Shown in pieces: positions 19,717 through 29,870 of a DNA stretch of 64,000 nt. This stretch comes from Candidatus Falkowbacteria bacterium RIFOXYA2_FULL_47_19 (lineage in GTDB: Bacteria > Patescibacteriota > Patescibacteriia > Patescibacteriales > UBA12075), in NCBI GenBank assembly GCA_001780275.1, contig MFGB01000023.1, positions 5,375 through 69,374 of the forward strand, in the 5' to 3' direction. The translations under genes were made by a program, and so were the position numbers. A model generated the notes under the pieces. The model was not told the origin of the DNA. It made no database searches and worked only from the letters and a program-made list of their open reading frames with translations. The stretch's first letter is position 1. Each line of letters begins with the position of its first letter.

Positions 19717-20222
19717 AATAGCGCCAGGAATACCGCCAGGAAAGGAACTCCCAGGAGCAGCTGGTAGGCCAGGGGGGATAATTCGAACCTGCCGATCGCC
19801 CGTCCGAATACCGTCCCCACCAGGAAAAGGGTCGAGATCCAGGCGATTATTCCTAAAATATCGAATAAAAGATAGACGGGATAGCTGATCCTCTGGATGC
19901 CGGAAGCGATCTGCACGGCTATCCTCGTGCCGTATATGAATTTAGAAATCGGAATGTGCCATGGTTTGATCGTCCTTAGCCAGGCGGGCAGCTTCTCGAT
20001 GTTTTTTTTCCTAAGGAAGGGAAAGCGGGAAAATCTTTCCCTGGGGATGCTACGGCCGAGAAGATACCAAACGGAATCGGATATGGCCGTGGCGGAAAGC
20101 ACGAGGATCATCATCCGCCAAAAACCGAATTTCGAATCGATCACGAGGTATACGATCGGCATGGCGATCGTCTCTCCGCCCACAAGCAACAAAACGAACA
20201 GGAATAGATCGTTGATTCTCAT
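19683..20222 (-). CDS. DedA/VTT family membrane protein
   Basis: SD..WY.LGR and SKFIYGTR...ASG motifs; several TM segments. Confidence 0.75.
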   Translation of the reverse strand: MRINDLFLFVLLLVGGETIAMPIVYLVIDSKFGFWRMMILVLSATAISDSVWYLLGRSIPRERFSRFPFLRKKNIEKLPAWLRTIKPWHIPISKFIYGTRIAVQIASGIQRISYPVYLLFDILGIIAWISTLFLVGTVFGRAIGRFELSPLAYQLLLGVPFLAVFLALLWLKRFLKKYQ

Positions 20223-20346
20223 ATCCGCGAGCCGTTAATTAAAGAATTGTTACAATATAGTTAACTATAATCCGCCGGCGTTAAAAATTCATTAAGAGGA
20301 AAAAACACGCCTGCCAGCGTGTTTCTTCGCTGTTTCGCGGAAAGGC

Positions 20347-21219
20347 TTATCTTGCGAAGATCTGCGTGAAAAAATATAACGATCCTTCCCGGGCCAGGCC
20401 GATGCCGGCGGCGGTATAATCACCCAGTATATTCCGGCGGTGTCCCTCGCTGTTTATCCATTGGTCCAGCGCTTTTTTCGCGGGATCGGCAGCGTTCGAA
20501 TTATAGGCGACGTTTTCCGCCATCGCCCTCGCGCCGGTCAACGGCGATAATTCCCCGAAACGCTCCGAAAAACCGTCATGCCCGAAAGAAACCCGGCCGG
20601 CGGCCATATTCGCGCTGTGGGCGCGGGCGACGGCGGCGATCCTGTCGTCCCATAGAAGGGCGGCGAGGCCGAGGCTTAAACGGTATTCGTTTACGGCGGC
20701 AAAAGCCTTCCGCTCTATGGCGGGGAGATCGATACCGGCTAAGCTATCCGGACCGGCCGGCCACTTCTGTCCGCCTGGTTCATTTTTCTGGATCGGTATC
20801 TTTTTTATGTCTTGATTACTGATCCCTAATCCGCGCTCGCGCATTATCTTTAACGCTTCTTCGGGGCGGCCAAGGCTGAAAAGGCGGCGGCTATCGGGAT
20901 CGACGTAATAGGCCTGCCCTTCCTTTTCGACCGCCAAAAGTATCCGGCCCGCCAGGCGTTTAGGGGCGAGGGCGTTAAAATTCACGAGGTCGCGGTTGGA
21001 GACCCCTAAGCCGCGTTCCCGCATGACCGCGAGCGCGTCTCCGGGCCCCCCCAGGTACGTTCGCGCTCCCGCCTGATCGACGTACCAGGCTTCGCCGTTC
21101 TCTTCGACCTGCAGGAGGATGCGGCCGGAAAGACGTCCGGTTTCGGCTCGGGCATTGGAAGGAAAAGATGTTAAGGATAACATAAAGAGCAGACTCGCTA
21201 TTGCCGTTTTTTTGAACAT
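20347..21219 (-). CDS. Secreted CAP (SCP) domain protein with two N-terminal CPR-type repeats
   Basis: GRILL.VE..G.A.YV x2; VN.YR, ARAHS..MA, HDG, AENVA, W.NS.GHR.NIL. Confidence 0.85.
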   Translation of the reverse strand: MFKKTAIASLLFMLSLTSFPSNARAETGRLSGRILLQVEENGEAWYVDQAGARTYLGGPGDALAVMRERGLGVSNRDLVNFNALAPKRLAGRILLAVEKEGQAYYVDPDSRRLFSLGRPEEALKIMRERGLGISNQDIKKIPIQKNEPGGQKWPAGPDSLAGIDLPAIERKAFAAVNEYRLSLGLAALLWDDRIAAVARAHSANMAAGRVSFGHDGFSERFGELSPLTGARAMAENVAYNSNAADPAKKALDQWINSEGHRRNILGDYTAAGIGLAREGSLYFFTQIFAR

Positions 21220-21574
21220 AACGAAGAATTAATAGTAAGCCCTCCGTTATCAAAGGATCCGCGGCCGCCTTACCCGTTCGACCGGCTCGATCTTTGATCG
21301 AAGGTAAGTGTTATTATACCAGGGGCGGATTAAATTTTAAAAGAGGACGGACGAGCCGGCCGAAAGTTAGAAATAAAAAACGGTTTCTTCTTAAAACTTT
21401 TTAATTCCGCTATAATCCCGCAGCATAAGCGCTTTTGGAACCTGTGGATAACTTAAATTAACACAATCTAATTTTATTGCCATCGATCGATAATTTTTTT
21501 ATAATCACGCGTTAATGACATAATAAACGCGCGCCGGGCCGCGCTCTTTTATTTTTAAATACGTCCGCTGCCGA

Positions 21575-22018
21575 TCAATTCCCGTCCGTCTCTATGCTCT
21601 TCTGCAAAGCCTCCAGCGCGTTCTGCAGGCTTTGTATGGAACCGACGCTTTCGCTCCGAAGGTCGTCCCGAAGCGCTTCGAAATTACCGTCTATTTCCCG
21701 CCAGCGCTCTTGCGCAGCCAGAGAGGCCTCGCCATAAGCCTCCTTTAAATTCTCCCTTACCTCCTCGGCTTCTTGCGCGATCTGGCTATAATCCTCTCCG
21801 GACATGATCCTGGTCTTAAGCGAAAGCAGGTGGCTTCTCGCGTCCAGGTCCGCTTTCTCCGTTTTTATTTCCTGCCGTATTTCATTTATCTCTTCCGCCG
21901 CTGCGTCATTATTCCGGTACCCGCTGAAACTCAGCCAGGAAAAACCCAAAGCGGACAGCGCGGCGATCAAAGCCAGGACGCTTAAGGCGTTTACGGTTGT
22001 GATTTTTCCTCGTTCCAT
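21575..22018 (-). CDS. Membrane-anchored coiled-coil protein
   Basis: N-terminal TM; helical charged remainder. Confidence 0.65.
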   Translation of the reverse strand: MERGKITTVNALSVLALIAALSALGFSWLSFSGYRNNDAAAEEINEIRQEIKTEKADLDARSHLLSLKTRIMSGEDYSQIAQEAEEVRENLKEAYGEASLAAQERWREIDGNFEALRDDLRSESVGSIQSLQNALEALQKSIETDGN

Positions 22019-22230
22019 AAATTCCGTTTTTTATTTTAAAAATTTTAATATTTAAGAATTTACCACGCGCAATTTAATGGTGGATTAAATTGGACCATTT
22101 TTTTCTTAAGTATTTTTAATAAAATTTTAATTTATTATCCATAAAATGATCATTAATCAATGAACATATGATAAAATACGGTTCTTTGTAAACACGCGCG
22201 TTCACCGTCAGGAAAAAAGGAGAGAGTTTA

Positions 22231-23850
22231 ATGAAAAAAACGTCTTCGGTGTTTTTATTTTTTTTAACTTTAGCGTTCCTGCTGATCGGATGCTCGGGCG
22301 GGGGCGGAGCGGGAGGCGAGAGCGGGGCGGATGATCCCGGGAATCATGATAACGGAGGAATACCTTTACCCTTGGCTCCGACCGCCGCGATCTGGGCTTC
22401 AAGCGAGGCTATCAATGAAGGAGAAAGCGTACTGATCAGCTGGGAAACGGCGAACGGAACCGCGGAACTCTCTCCGCCTGTAGTTTATGACGCGCCGGCC
22501 GCGGGCAGTATCGACGTGATCCCCGCGGCTACGACCACTTATACGGTAACATGCCGGACTCCGGACGGACGGACCGAATCGGCCGGCGTAACCGTAAAAG
22601 TCAATCCGGCCCCGGTAAGGTCCTGTAGGGCGCCGGAAATCCCTTATTTCGAGCTCCTGCCCGAACGGATATTGACGCCCGGAAGCGGTCTCGTTACTCT
22701 TGCGTTTAAGACGGCGGAAAACGCGGACAGGATCGAGATCGACCTTGAAAACGGGGAAACGATCCCTCTGGTGAGGGTTTGCGAAGCGAATTGGAGCGTT
22801 TCCGTGGATTCGGAAAAACTGCTCTTAAATTACGTACCGGAAGAACCGCGGGTGGTCGTCGGCTACCTTGACGCGTATTCGGGGCCAGACCGTATCAGCC
22901 GGCGCAATCTTATCCTCCCGGTACGGACCGCCGCTATGCCGGATACGGATATGCGGATCATCGATCATAGCCGGCAAAGAAGCGGCCGCGTGCTGAATAT
23001 CCGCTATGACGGGGAAATATTTCTCGGCGGACAAAGCAGTACGTACGACCCGGTCTGGAGGGCGATAGAAAATACCGTTAAGAACGAACTAGGCGAGCGG
23101 GATATTTACGTTTTGATCGGCCAGGTCGAGGCGTTCGCGAATCGGACCGGAGGAGGAAAGGTCATTTCTTTTCCCAACCTCTTTTTCTTCGATCTCGCGA
23201 GTCGGGGAACGATACATGAGATCGGCCATTGCCTGGGATTGGCTTATTCCAGCCACCCTTCGCTGCGTGATCCGGCCGCCGGCGGCCATTGGGCTCCGGG
23301 AAACGCGGCTCTGGGTATTATGGGCTGGTCGCTTCCCGGGGGCGCGGGAGCGACATTCCCTTATCGCCTGGAAGCCGGGGATGATCCCGACACGACCGGA
23401 CTATGGGTAACGCCGATCGCCATGGAGTTTAACGATCTTGAACTCTATAAAATGGGCGCGCTTCCGAAGGAGCGGGTCGCGCCGATAACGCAATTTACCG
23501 ATCCGGCCGCGGCCATCTCCTGGTTTAATAATCCTTATCCGCTTCCGTCCTGCGGCGAAAGCTGCCAGCGGCTCGATGTTCCGTCCCGGCCGGTTTCGAT
23601 AGATGAAATAATCGCGGCGGACGGCGAAACGCCGCCGGCGGCCAAAACCGGGCTTACCCTGGGAACGGTCGTCCTGACCAGGGGAAGGCTTCTTAGTCCC
23701 GATGAAATGTCCTTTATCGAATATATGGCCAAACGCGGCGAAAGCGAAGATCCGTCGATCGGCGTCCACGAAGGGTTGTGGAGTTACGCGGGGAAACCGT
23801 TCCGGGCGGCCACCCGGGGACTTTTTACCATAAGCGCTTCAATCGATTAA
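22231..23850 (+). CDS. Lipoprotein, putative zincin metallopeptidase with an Ig-like domain
   Basis: Lipobox LIGC plus Gly run; TTTYTVTC Ig-like strand; HEIGH with downstream HW and IMG. Confidence 0.75.
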   Translation: MKKTSSVFLFFLTLAFLLIGCSGGGGAGGESGADDPGNHDNGGIPLPLAPTAAIWASSEAINEGESVLISWETANGTAELSPPVVYDAPAAGSIDVIPAATTTYTVTCRTPDGRTESAGVTVKVNPAPVRSCRAPEIPYFELLPERILTPGSGLVTLAFKTAENADRIEIDLENGETIPLVRVCEANWSVSVDSEKLLLNYVPEEPRVVVGYLDAYSGPDRISRRNLILPVRTAAMPDTDMRIIDHSRQRSGRVLNIRYDGEIFLGGQSSTYDPVWRAIENTVKNELGERDIYVLIGQVEAFANRTGGGKVISFPNLFFFDLASRGTIHEIGHCLGLAYSSHPSLRDPAAGGHWAPGNAALGIMGWSLPGGAGATFPYRLEAGDDPDTTGLWVTPIAMEFNDLELYKMGALPKERVAPITQFTDPAAAISWFNNPYPLPSCGESCQRLDVPSRPVSIDEIIAADGETPPAAKTGLTLGTVVLTRGRLLSPDEMSFIEYMAKRGESEDPSIGVHEGLWSYAGKPFRAATRGLFTISASID

Positions 23851-23900
23851 GACCGTTCCTTTAAGGTTTAATTAAAATAGTACTTTATTTAAAAAAATAC

Positions 23901-23927
23901 AACCGGACGAAATTGTCCGGTTTTTTT
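23901..23927 (+). terminator. Intrinsic terminator
   Basis: AACCGGAC-GAAATT-GTCCGGTTTTTTT. Confidence 0.75.
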
Positions 23928-24169
23928 ATTTTTCCCGATATTTATCCATGGGTAAAAACACGGCTAACGCCGGAGTTTCTCTTTAATATTACCGCCGCGA
24001 TAATTAAAGTTTAATTAAGTTTTAATTTTATCTGTTTTATTATCCGTTCTAATCGGACTTTAACCTGCCAAATCTAAAATAGATTATGAATTAATGAACA
24101 TATAATTAATTCATCGATTTTTTGTAATTTGAAAAATAAATAAAAACTGATCTATGCGGACACAAGGGT

Positions 24170-25312
24170 CAGCGGAAAAACGGTTACGGGCTATTTATTT
24201 TTATGGAGTACGCGTTCCTCTGGAATGCGGGGAGGGGGTGGGAGCGGATTCGATGGTTACGGTATAATTAAGTACCCTTGTTCAATGAAGCGATTGCGGC
24301 TTTCCCGGCAAATGGCGTCCGAGGAAATTATAAGATCTATGCGTTTAAGCGCGTGAGACAATCGAACACGATCGATCTCCGCGCTTACGGCCGAAAATTC
24401 CGGGCCGGATTGCCGCTCGATCGAGCTTATTCCGGCTCCGGCAAAATCGTCCAGCGCGGAAAGGATTTCCCGCGCGCGGTCAAATTTGTCTTCCGGGTAT
24501 TTACGGAAAAAACAAGCGTTTCCTGGAGTCGCGCCAAGACCGCTCCGGAATCGCGCGCTCAACATCCTAAATATTCATCTACCGTCCGGGAATAAAGATC
24601 ATCGGCCGTACAAGAAAGATACGACCCGAGCCGTTTAACGGTAAGCCGGCCGATACGCGTACGCGCGTATTTAAAATAGACGGCGAAGAAGCGGCCCGCG
24701 CCCGAACTTCACTTTGCGGGCAATATCCCGCGGGTAAAGAGCGCGCGCGTCCGGTCCGAAAGCGGCCAATAAAACAGTGAGGGAAAAACCGGCGGACGGG
24801 ATTATTGCGCTTCGGAGGGTTTTGAGTCCGCGAACGGAAGCGAGCAGAGTGCTCATCGGCCTTCCCGACCGGCTTTAAACAGAACCGGCTTATTAGGGTC
24901 AGGCATTTGTAGTAAGCTCCTCCGGAAGCGGACAATCGGCGATACCGAGCCTTTTTATGGACATCGTCGCGGCATTCTTATCGCCCGCAAGACGAAGGTA
25001 TTTCTGGGTATAACGTACCCCGGCGACGATCGCTATGGGCGTTTCCAGATCAAAGCCGCGCGGGTACTTTATCTGCGCCCCTGGTTCGCGGCCGCTCCCC
25101 GGATTAACGGAACCTATCCATTTCCGTCTGCTATCCGTCCTGGTGGGTTACGCCTGGACAAAATAAACGGCGAGCGGCGAAACTTACTGCCGCGAAGACG
25201 GTTTGCCGGGATAAATCCTCTTCAGGGGAGCTTCCGAAAGGCAGCGAACGGCCTTTACCGGCACACCGAAGACGCTGATCGACTCAAGAGCGGACATAAG
25301 AGACTGGTATAA
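24170..25312 (+). pseudogene. Probable decayed lipoprotein gene (multiple frameshifts)
   Basis: 5' end resembles the signal/Gly-run DNA of 22231; start-less stop-free + frame of about 177 codons at about 24773-25312; end point approximate. Confidence 0.4.
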
Positions 25313-25429
25313 AACTGGAGAAAAAAAACAGTTGATCCGTAAGCCGGTTTTGACTTGAGCGCATACGAAAAAACTTCAAAGCGGATGCGCGGGATTTATA
25401 AGCTAGCTTTGATCCATTAAATTCGTAGA

Positions 25430-26215
25430 TACGAATACGGTTAAACACGAAAAATAAAAAAGGCCGAAGCCTGGGCCGACCAAGGTTAGCGGTAAAAAAG
25501 AAAGAAAAGGAAAAAATCGGAAGTCCGCGGGCATCAAAAAATTACGCGGAAAAACCGCGCGATCGATCAGAAAACCCCGCGGCCGAATACGGCCAAACAC
25601 GGAAGACCAAAAAGACCGAAAATGGGCCGATCATGGCCAGCGGCGAAAACGAAAGAAAAGAAAAAAAACGGAAGTCCGCGGGCATCAAAAAATTACGCGG
25701 AAAAACCGCGCGATCGATCAGAAAACCCCGCGGCCGAATACGGCCAAACACGGAAGATAAAAAGAGCCGAAGCCTGGACCGACCAAGGTCAGCGGTAAAA
25801 AAGAAAGAAAAGAAAAAAAGAAAGAAAAGAAAAAAAGAAAGAAAAGAAAAAAAGATAGAAAAGAAAAAAAGAAAGAAAAGAAAAAAAGAAAGAAAAGAAA
25901 AAAAATAAAAAAATAAAAAATCGGAAGTCCGCGGGCATCAAAAAATTACGCGAAAAAACCACGCGATCGATCAGAAAACTCCGCGGCCGGATACGGCAAA
26001 CACGGAAGATGAAAAGAGCCGAAGCCTGGGCCGACCAAGGTCAGCGGTAAAAAAGAAAGAAAAGAAAAAAAAGAAAGAAAAAAATAAAAAATCGGAAGTC
26101 CGCGGGCATCAAAAAATTACGCGGAAAAACCGCGAGCGATCAGAAAGCCCCGCGGCCGGATACGGCCAAACACGAAAAATAAAAAAGGCCGAAGCCTGGG
26201 CTGATCAGAGTCAGT
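25430..26215 (+). repeat. About 4.5 copies of a roughly 130-bp GC-rich unit separated by variable A/G-only linkers
   Basis: Core CGGAAGTCCGCGGGCATCAAAAAATTACGCG at 25518, 25669, 25922 and 26093 (spacings 151, 253, 171). Confidence 0.92.
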
Positions 26216-26606
26216 GAAAAACGCGGATCGAAGTAAATCACGAAATTACGGTAAACCCATAAAAAAGATGTTAACTAGGGGGGGGCGCGCCGCTAAACAG
26301 GCACGGAAACGCAATATAACCGTTATCGGTATAAATACGAGGATAGTAAAATTCTATTCTTCATAAGGTAGTTATCATTTACCGTTACGATCAAGATTAT
26401 ATTTCCCAGGAGGGCGAGCGGTTGCAAGCCGTCAGGCAACAAAAACCAGCAGGCTAACGCTGTCGGAACGATACGGGACGGCCGGATCTTCCGGCTTGAT
26501 CATAAAATAGTTCTTTATCCAATCAAACATAAAAAAATATAACCGGACAAAAAGTCCGGTTTTTTATTTTCCGCCGTCAATAAAAACCCGACGGATCATT
26601 CGGATT

Positions 26607-27599
26607 TTATATGTCTTGGCCGATTTTATAATCGAAAAAAAACGAATCGGGCAGGTCGTCGACCTTTTTTTTCCAATCATCGCCGTAAAGCGCGGCGGCG
26701 GTTTCGGCTGAACGGATCCAGCGCAACTCGCCGCCGCGGGCGACCGCGTAGACCCGGGGATCGGTTTGCACCTTGACCATCCTCGTTCCCGGCCGGTAAG
26801 TGGCATTTCCGCCCAAAGGGATAGAGGCCATCTGGTCGACGCTTATTTCCGTCACATCGCCAAAACCGCCGTACCAGGAAAAATAGATCTTTTCGTTCGG
26901 AAAAACGTAACGCCGTCCGTCGGCTCCGCAATAATAAACGGCCGGCAGTCCGGATAATTTGACGAGCGAGCCGGAAACGCAGGCCGAAGCCGCTTTCGCG
27001 GAGAGTCCTTTGTCGGCGTTTATATCCGGAGAAAGAAGCCCGGCTTCCTTAATATCATAATCTATGACCGGATTAAGGGCGGCCGCGAGGCTCGGATAAG
27101 GATCGATCGGTGTTTTATCCGGCTGGCGGATCTCGAAGTGAAGATGCGGCCCGGCCGCTTCGGCGTTGCCGCTGTCCCCCATCCAGCCGATCAGATCGCC
27201 CCGGGATACTTCGGTCCCCTCCTTTATCCCGGGAGCGTAAGCGTGCCCGGTACCGCCCCGGCCGTCATCCGTACCTGGAGTGTCGTTATTGACGTGAAGA
27301 TAGTGGTAGGTAAAACCGTCCGCGTCCTTAAGCGTAATAGCGTAGCCCCAGGAAGATTCCGGATCGACCAGATCCGCGACCCGCCCGTCTACGGCGGCAT
27401 ATAGCGGCATCATCCGCTCGCCCATGATATCCTCGCCTTCGTGCGCGTGTCCCGAGCGGGGGTCGCCGAAGCTCTCCGTCAGTACGGCCCGGCGTTCGGT
27501 CGGAAAAAAGATCGGCCGGATTTCGGACGCCCGAACGGGAAAGATTATAATAAAATTAAAAATTGATAATAGAACAATGAACACTCCGGTCTTTTTCAT
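26607..27599 (-). CDS. M23 family peptidase with C-terminal CPR-type repeats
   Basis: HEGEDI, YHYLH, G.SGNA...PHLHFEI...PIDPY; GSLVK...AVYY...G.RY.F.NE..Y.SWY. Confidence 0.88.
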   Translation of the reverse strand: MKKTGVFIVLLSIFNFIIIFPVRASEIRPIFFPTERRAVLTESFGDPRSGHAHEGEDIMGERMMPLYAAVDGRVADLVDPESSWGYAITLKDADGFTYHYLHVNNDTPGTDDGRGGTGHAYAPGIKEGTEVSRGDLIGWMGDSGNAEAAGPHLHFEIRQPDKTPIDPYPSLAAALNPVIDYDIKEAGLLSPDINADKGLSAKAASACVSGSLVKLSGLPAVYYCGADGRRYVFPNEKIYFSWYGGFGDVTEISVDQMASIPLGGNATYRPGTRMVKVQTDPRVYAVARGGELRWIRSAETAAALYGDDWKKKVDDLPDSFFFDYKIGQDI

Positions 27600-27724
27600 G
27601 AAATTAAAATTTAATTTTAAACTCCATTAATTATAGCAGAAAAACGCCTCCGGGGCTAGAGGCTATTTCCAGAGCTTCACGAAAGCGAAACCGGGATATT
27701 CTTACCGAGAGGCCGGTTTCGGGG

Positions 27725-27764
27725 TTGACAAAAATTTTAATTTGATATATACTTGAAATATCAA
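27725..27764 (+). promoter_or_regulatory. Sigma70 promoter with an overlapping inverted repeat (likely MarR operator)
   Basis: TTGACA-17-TATACT; TTGATAT-N9-ATATCAA spanning the -10. Confidence 0.7.
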
Positions 27765-27788
27765 TTATTAATCAAATAAATTAGGCTT

Positions 27789-28214
27789 ATGAAAAAAATC
27801 AACCCTAAGATCAAATTCTGCCTGGACATCGCGAAATTCCAGACCGAACTCTCCCGCCGCCTGGACAGCCGCCTGGGCGGCTTGGGATGGAACGAATTCA
27901 TCATCCTTTACCGCTTAAGCCGGGAGGACGGGCAAAAGATGCGCCGGATCGACCTGGCGGAAGCCGTGGGGCTGACCGCCTCCGGGATCACCCGCCTGCT
28001 TCTTCCGATGGAGAAGATCGGACTGGTCAAAAAGGAGGCGAACGCGCGGGACGCCCGCGTGAGCCTAGTAGCCTTGGCGCCGGGCGGCCGGACTAAGCTA
28101 AGCGAAGGCCTGGAGCGGATGGAAATATTCTGTGATGATCTCATTCCGTCCGGCAAAACGAAAAAGGCGGAAGAGCTATCGGACTTGCTGACCGATCTTA
28201 ACAAGAATATATAA
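27789..28214 (+). CDS. MarR family regulator
   Basis: DLAEAVGLTASGITRLL..MEK.GLV.K....DARV. Confidence 0.88.
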   Translation: MKKINPKIKFCLDIAKFQTELSRRLDSRLGGLGWNEFIILYRLSREDGQKMRRIDLAEAVGLTASGITRLLLPMEKIGLVKKEANARDARVSLVALAPGGRTKLSEGLERMEIFCDDLIPSGKTKKAEELSDLLTDLNKNI

Positions 28215-28226
28215 TTTTAAAACCAT

Positions 28227-28802
28227 ATGAAAAAGATCATTCTCGCCTCAACTTCGCCGCGCCGGAAAAAACTACTCGATCAGATCGGCCTGCGCTTTAA
28301 AGCCGTCGCTTCGGGTTACGAGGAAAATATGGACCTGAAGATGAAGCCCGCCGATCTGGCTAGATATCTTTCATCGGGCAAGGCCAGGGCGGTGGCTAAA
28401 AAATACCGGAACGCGATCATAATCGCGGCCGATACTTTCATTGCCTTAAAAAACGAGATATTGGGAAAGCCCGGGACCGATAAACAAGCCCGAATAACCT
28501 TAAAAAAAATCAGCGGCCGGACCCTGGAGGTGATCACCGGCCTGACGGTTATCGACACCGCCGCGGATAAAGAGGTTTCCCGGGCCGTGATCACGAAAGT
28601 GTCCGTGAAAAAACTCGGAAAGGACGAAATCGACGCTTACGTAAGAACCGGCGAACCCCTGGATAAAGCGGGCGCTTTCGGCATCCAGGAAAAAGGGGCC
28701 GTTTTCATAAAAAAGATCGATGGCGATTACAGCAACGTGGTCGGCCTGCCTTTGGGCGAGCTTTTCTCGATATTAAAAAAAATGAACCGCAAAATATATT
28801 GA
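28227..28802 (+). CDS. maf: Maf-family nucleoside triphosphate pyrophosphatase
   Basis: IILASTSPRR, ADT, GKP, DKAGAFGIQ, GDYSNVVGLP. Confidence 0.93.
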   Translation: MKKIILASTSPRRKKLLDQIGLRFKAVASGYEENMDLKMKPADLARYLSSGKARAVAKKYRNAIIIAADTFIALKNEILGKPGTDKQARITLKKISGRTLEVITGLTVIDTAADKEVSRAVITKVSVKKLGKDEIDAYVRTGEPLDKAGAFGIQEKGAVFIKKIDGDYSNVVGLPLGELFSILKKMNRKIY

Positions 28803-28931
28803 TCCGGTTCACGCGAAATCATCCCTGACGGCTTCGTCCGGCCTTTTATCTTCGCGCCGGTTTCGGTTTCCTTATCGCATTTTAAAGATCATGTTATATA
28901 CTTTAAAGAGGCTAATTATTTAACGAAAAAT

Positions 28932-29810
28932 ATGGAAAATCCAAAGATCGGCTTTATCGGCCTCGGCACGATGGGGAGGGGCATGGCCGATAACCTTAAA
29001 AAAACCTATCCGTTATGCGTGTATAACCGCACCCGCTCCCGGGCCGAAGCGCTGGCGGCGGCGGAGATAGCGGGCAGTCCCAGGGAGGCGGCCGAGCGCT
29101 CGGAGATCATTTTTACCTGCGTTTCAGACGACCGCGCCCTGGAAGAGATCCTGTCCGGATCAGGCGGACTTTTCGAGGCGGATCTGACCGGCAAGATCCT
29201 GGTCGACTCCGGTACGACCTCCCTCGGTCTCACGGAAAAGATCGCGCGGGAAGCAAAGCGAAAGGACTTTGAATTTTTAGACGCACCGGTCACGGGAAGC
29301 AAATCAGGAGCCGAGGAGGGAAAGCTCATGTTCATGGTCGGCGGAAAAAAAGAGGTTTTCGACCGGATCGTCCCGGTCCTTAAAACCATGGGCGAACGCT
29401 TCGTTTACTGCGGGCGTACCCCGAACGGCCAAAGCGCCAAGCACGCCCTGAATCTCACGTTGTCGCTCGTACTCGAAAGCTATCTTGAGGGCCTCGCCTT
29501 CGGCCTCAAAGCCGGTGTGCCCCTTAAGGCGATGGAGGAGATCTTCGGCAACTCGGGCGCGAAAAACGGCATCGCGTCCTTCAAGATGCCTTATATAAAA
29601 AAACGCGACTTCGCGCCGCACTTTATGCTCAGGCTCATGAATAAGGATCTGAAGCTGGCGGCCGAAGACCGCGCGCGGTTCGGCGTTTACGCTCCTTTAG
29701 CCGATGAAATAATCAAAATATTCGATCAGGCCCTCTCCCGCGGCAACGAAGACGTTTCCACGATCGCCAAAACCCTGGAAAAAGCGAACGGCGTCTCGTT
29801 CTCGGAGTAA
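28932..29810 (+). CDS. NAD(P)-dependent beta-hydroxyacid dehydrogenase (3-hydroxyisobutyrate dehydrogenase family)
   Basis: GFIGLGTMG, YNRT, DAPVTG, MVGG, KDL. Confidence 0.88.
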   Translation: MENPKIGFIGLGTMGRGMADNLKKTYPLCVYNRTRSRAEALAAAEIAGSPREAAERSEIIFTCVSDDRALEEILSGSGGLFEADLTGKILVDSGTTSLGLTEKIAREAKRKDFEFLDAPVTGSKSGAEEGKLMFMVGGKKEVFDRIVPVLKTMGERFVYCGRTPNGQSAKHALNLTLSLVLESYLEGLAFGLKAGVPLKAMEEIFGNSGAKNGIASFKMPYIKKRDFAPHFMLRLMNKDLKLAAEDRARFGVYAPLADEIIKIFDQALSRGNEDVSTIAKTLEKANGVSFSE

Positions 29811-29870
29811 ATCCGCCGATATCAAATAAAGAGGCTTAAAGCCTCTTTATTTTATTATCCCGATTTAAAC

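Noticed and set aside
25633..25908. 91-aa Lys/Arg-rich ORF, plus the antisense ORFs 25403-25600 and 25542-25751
   Set aside because: By-products of the A-rich repeat; the reading frame is not maintained between units.
25430..26215. CRISPR array
   Set aside because: Units are about 130 bp, the intervening sequences are low-complexity A/G runs rather than unique spacers, and there are no cas genes in the window.
26410..26465. Twister ribozyme (GGTTGCAAGCC resembles the L4 loop)
   Set aside because: P4 pairing and the GA + T1 partner strand do not fit the consensus; kept only as an unclassified candidate.
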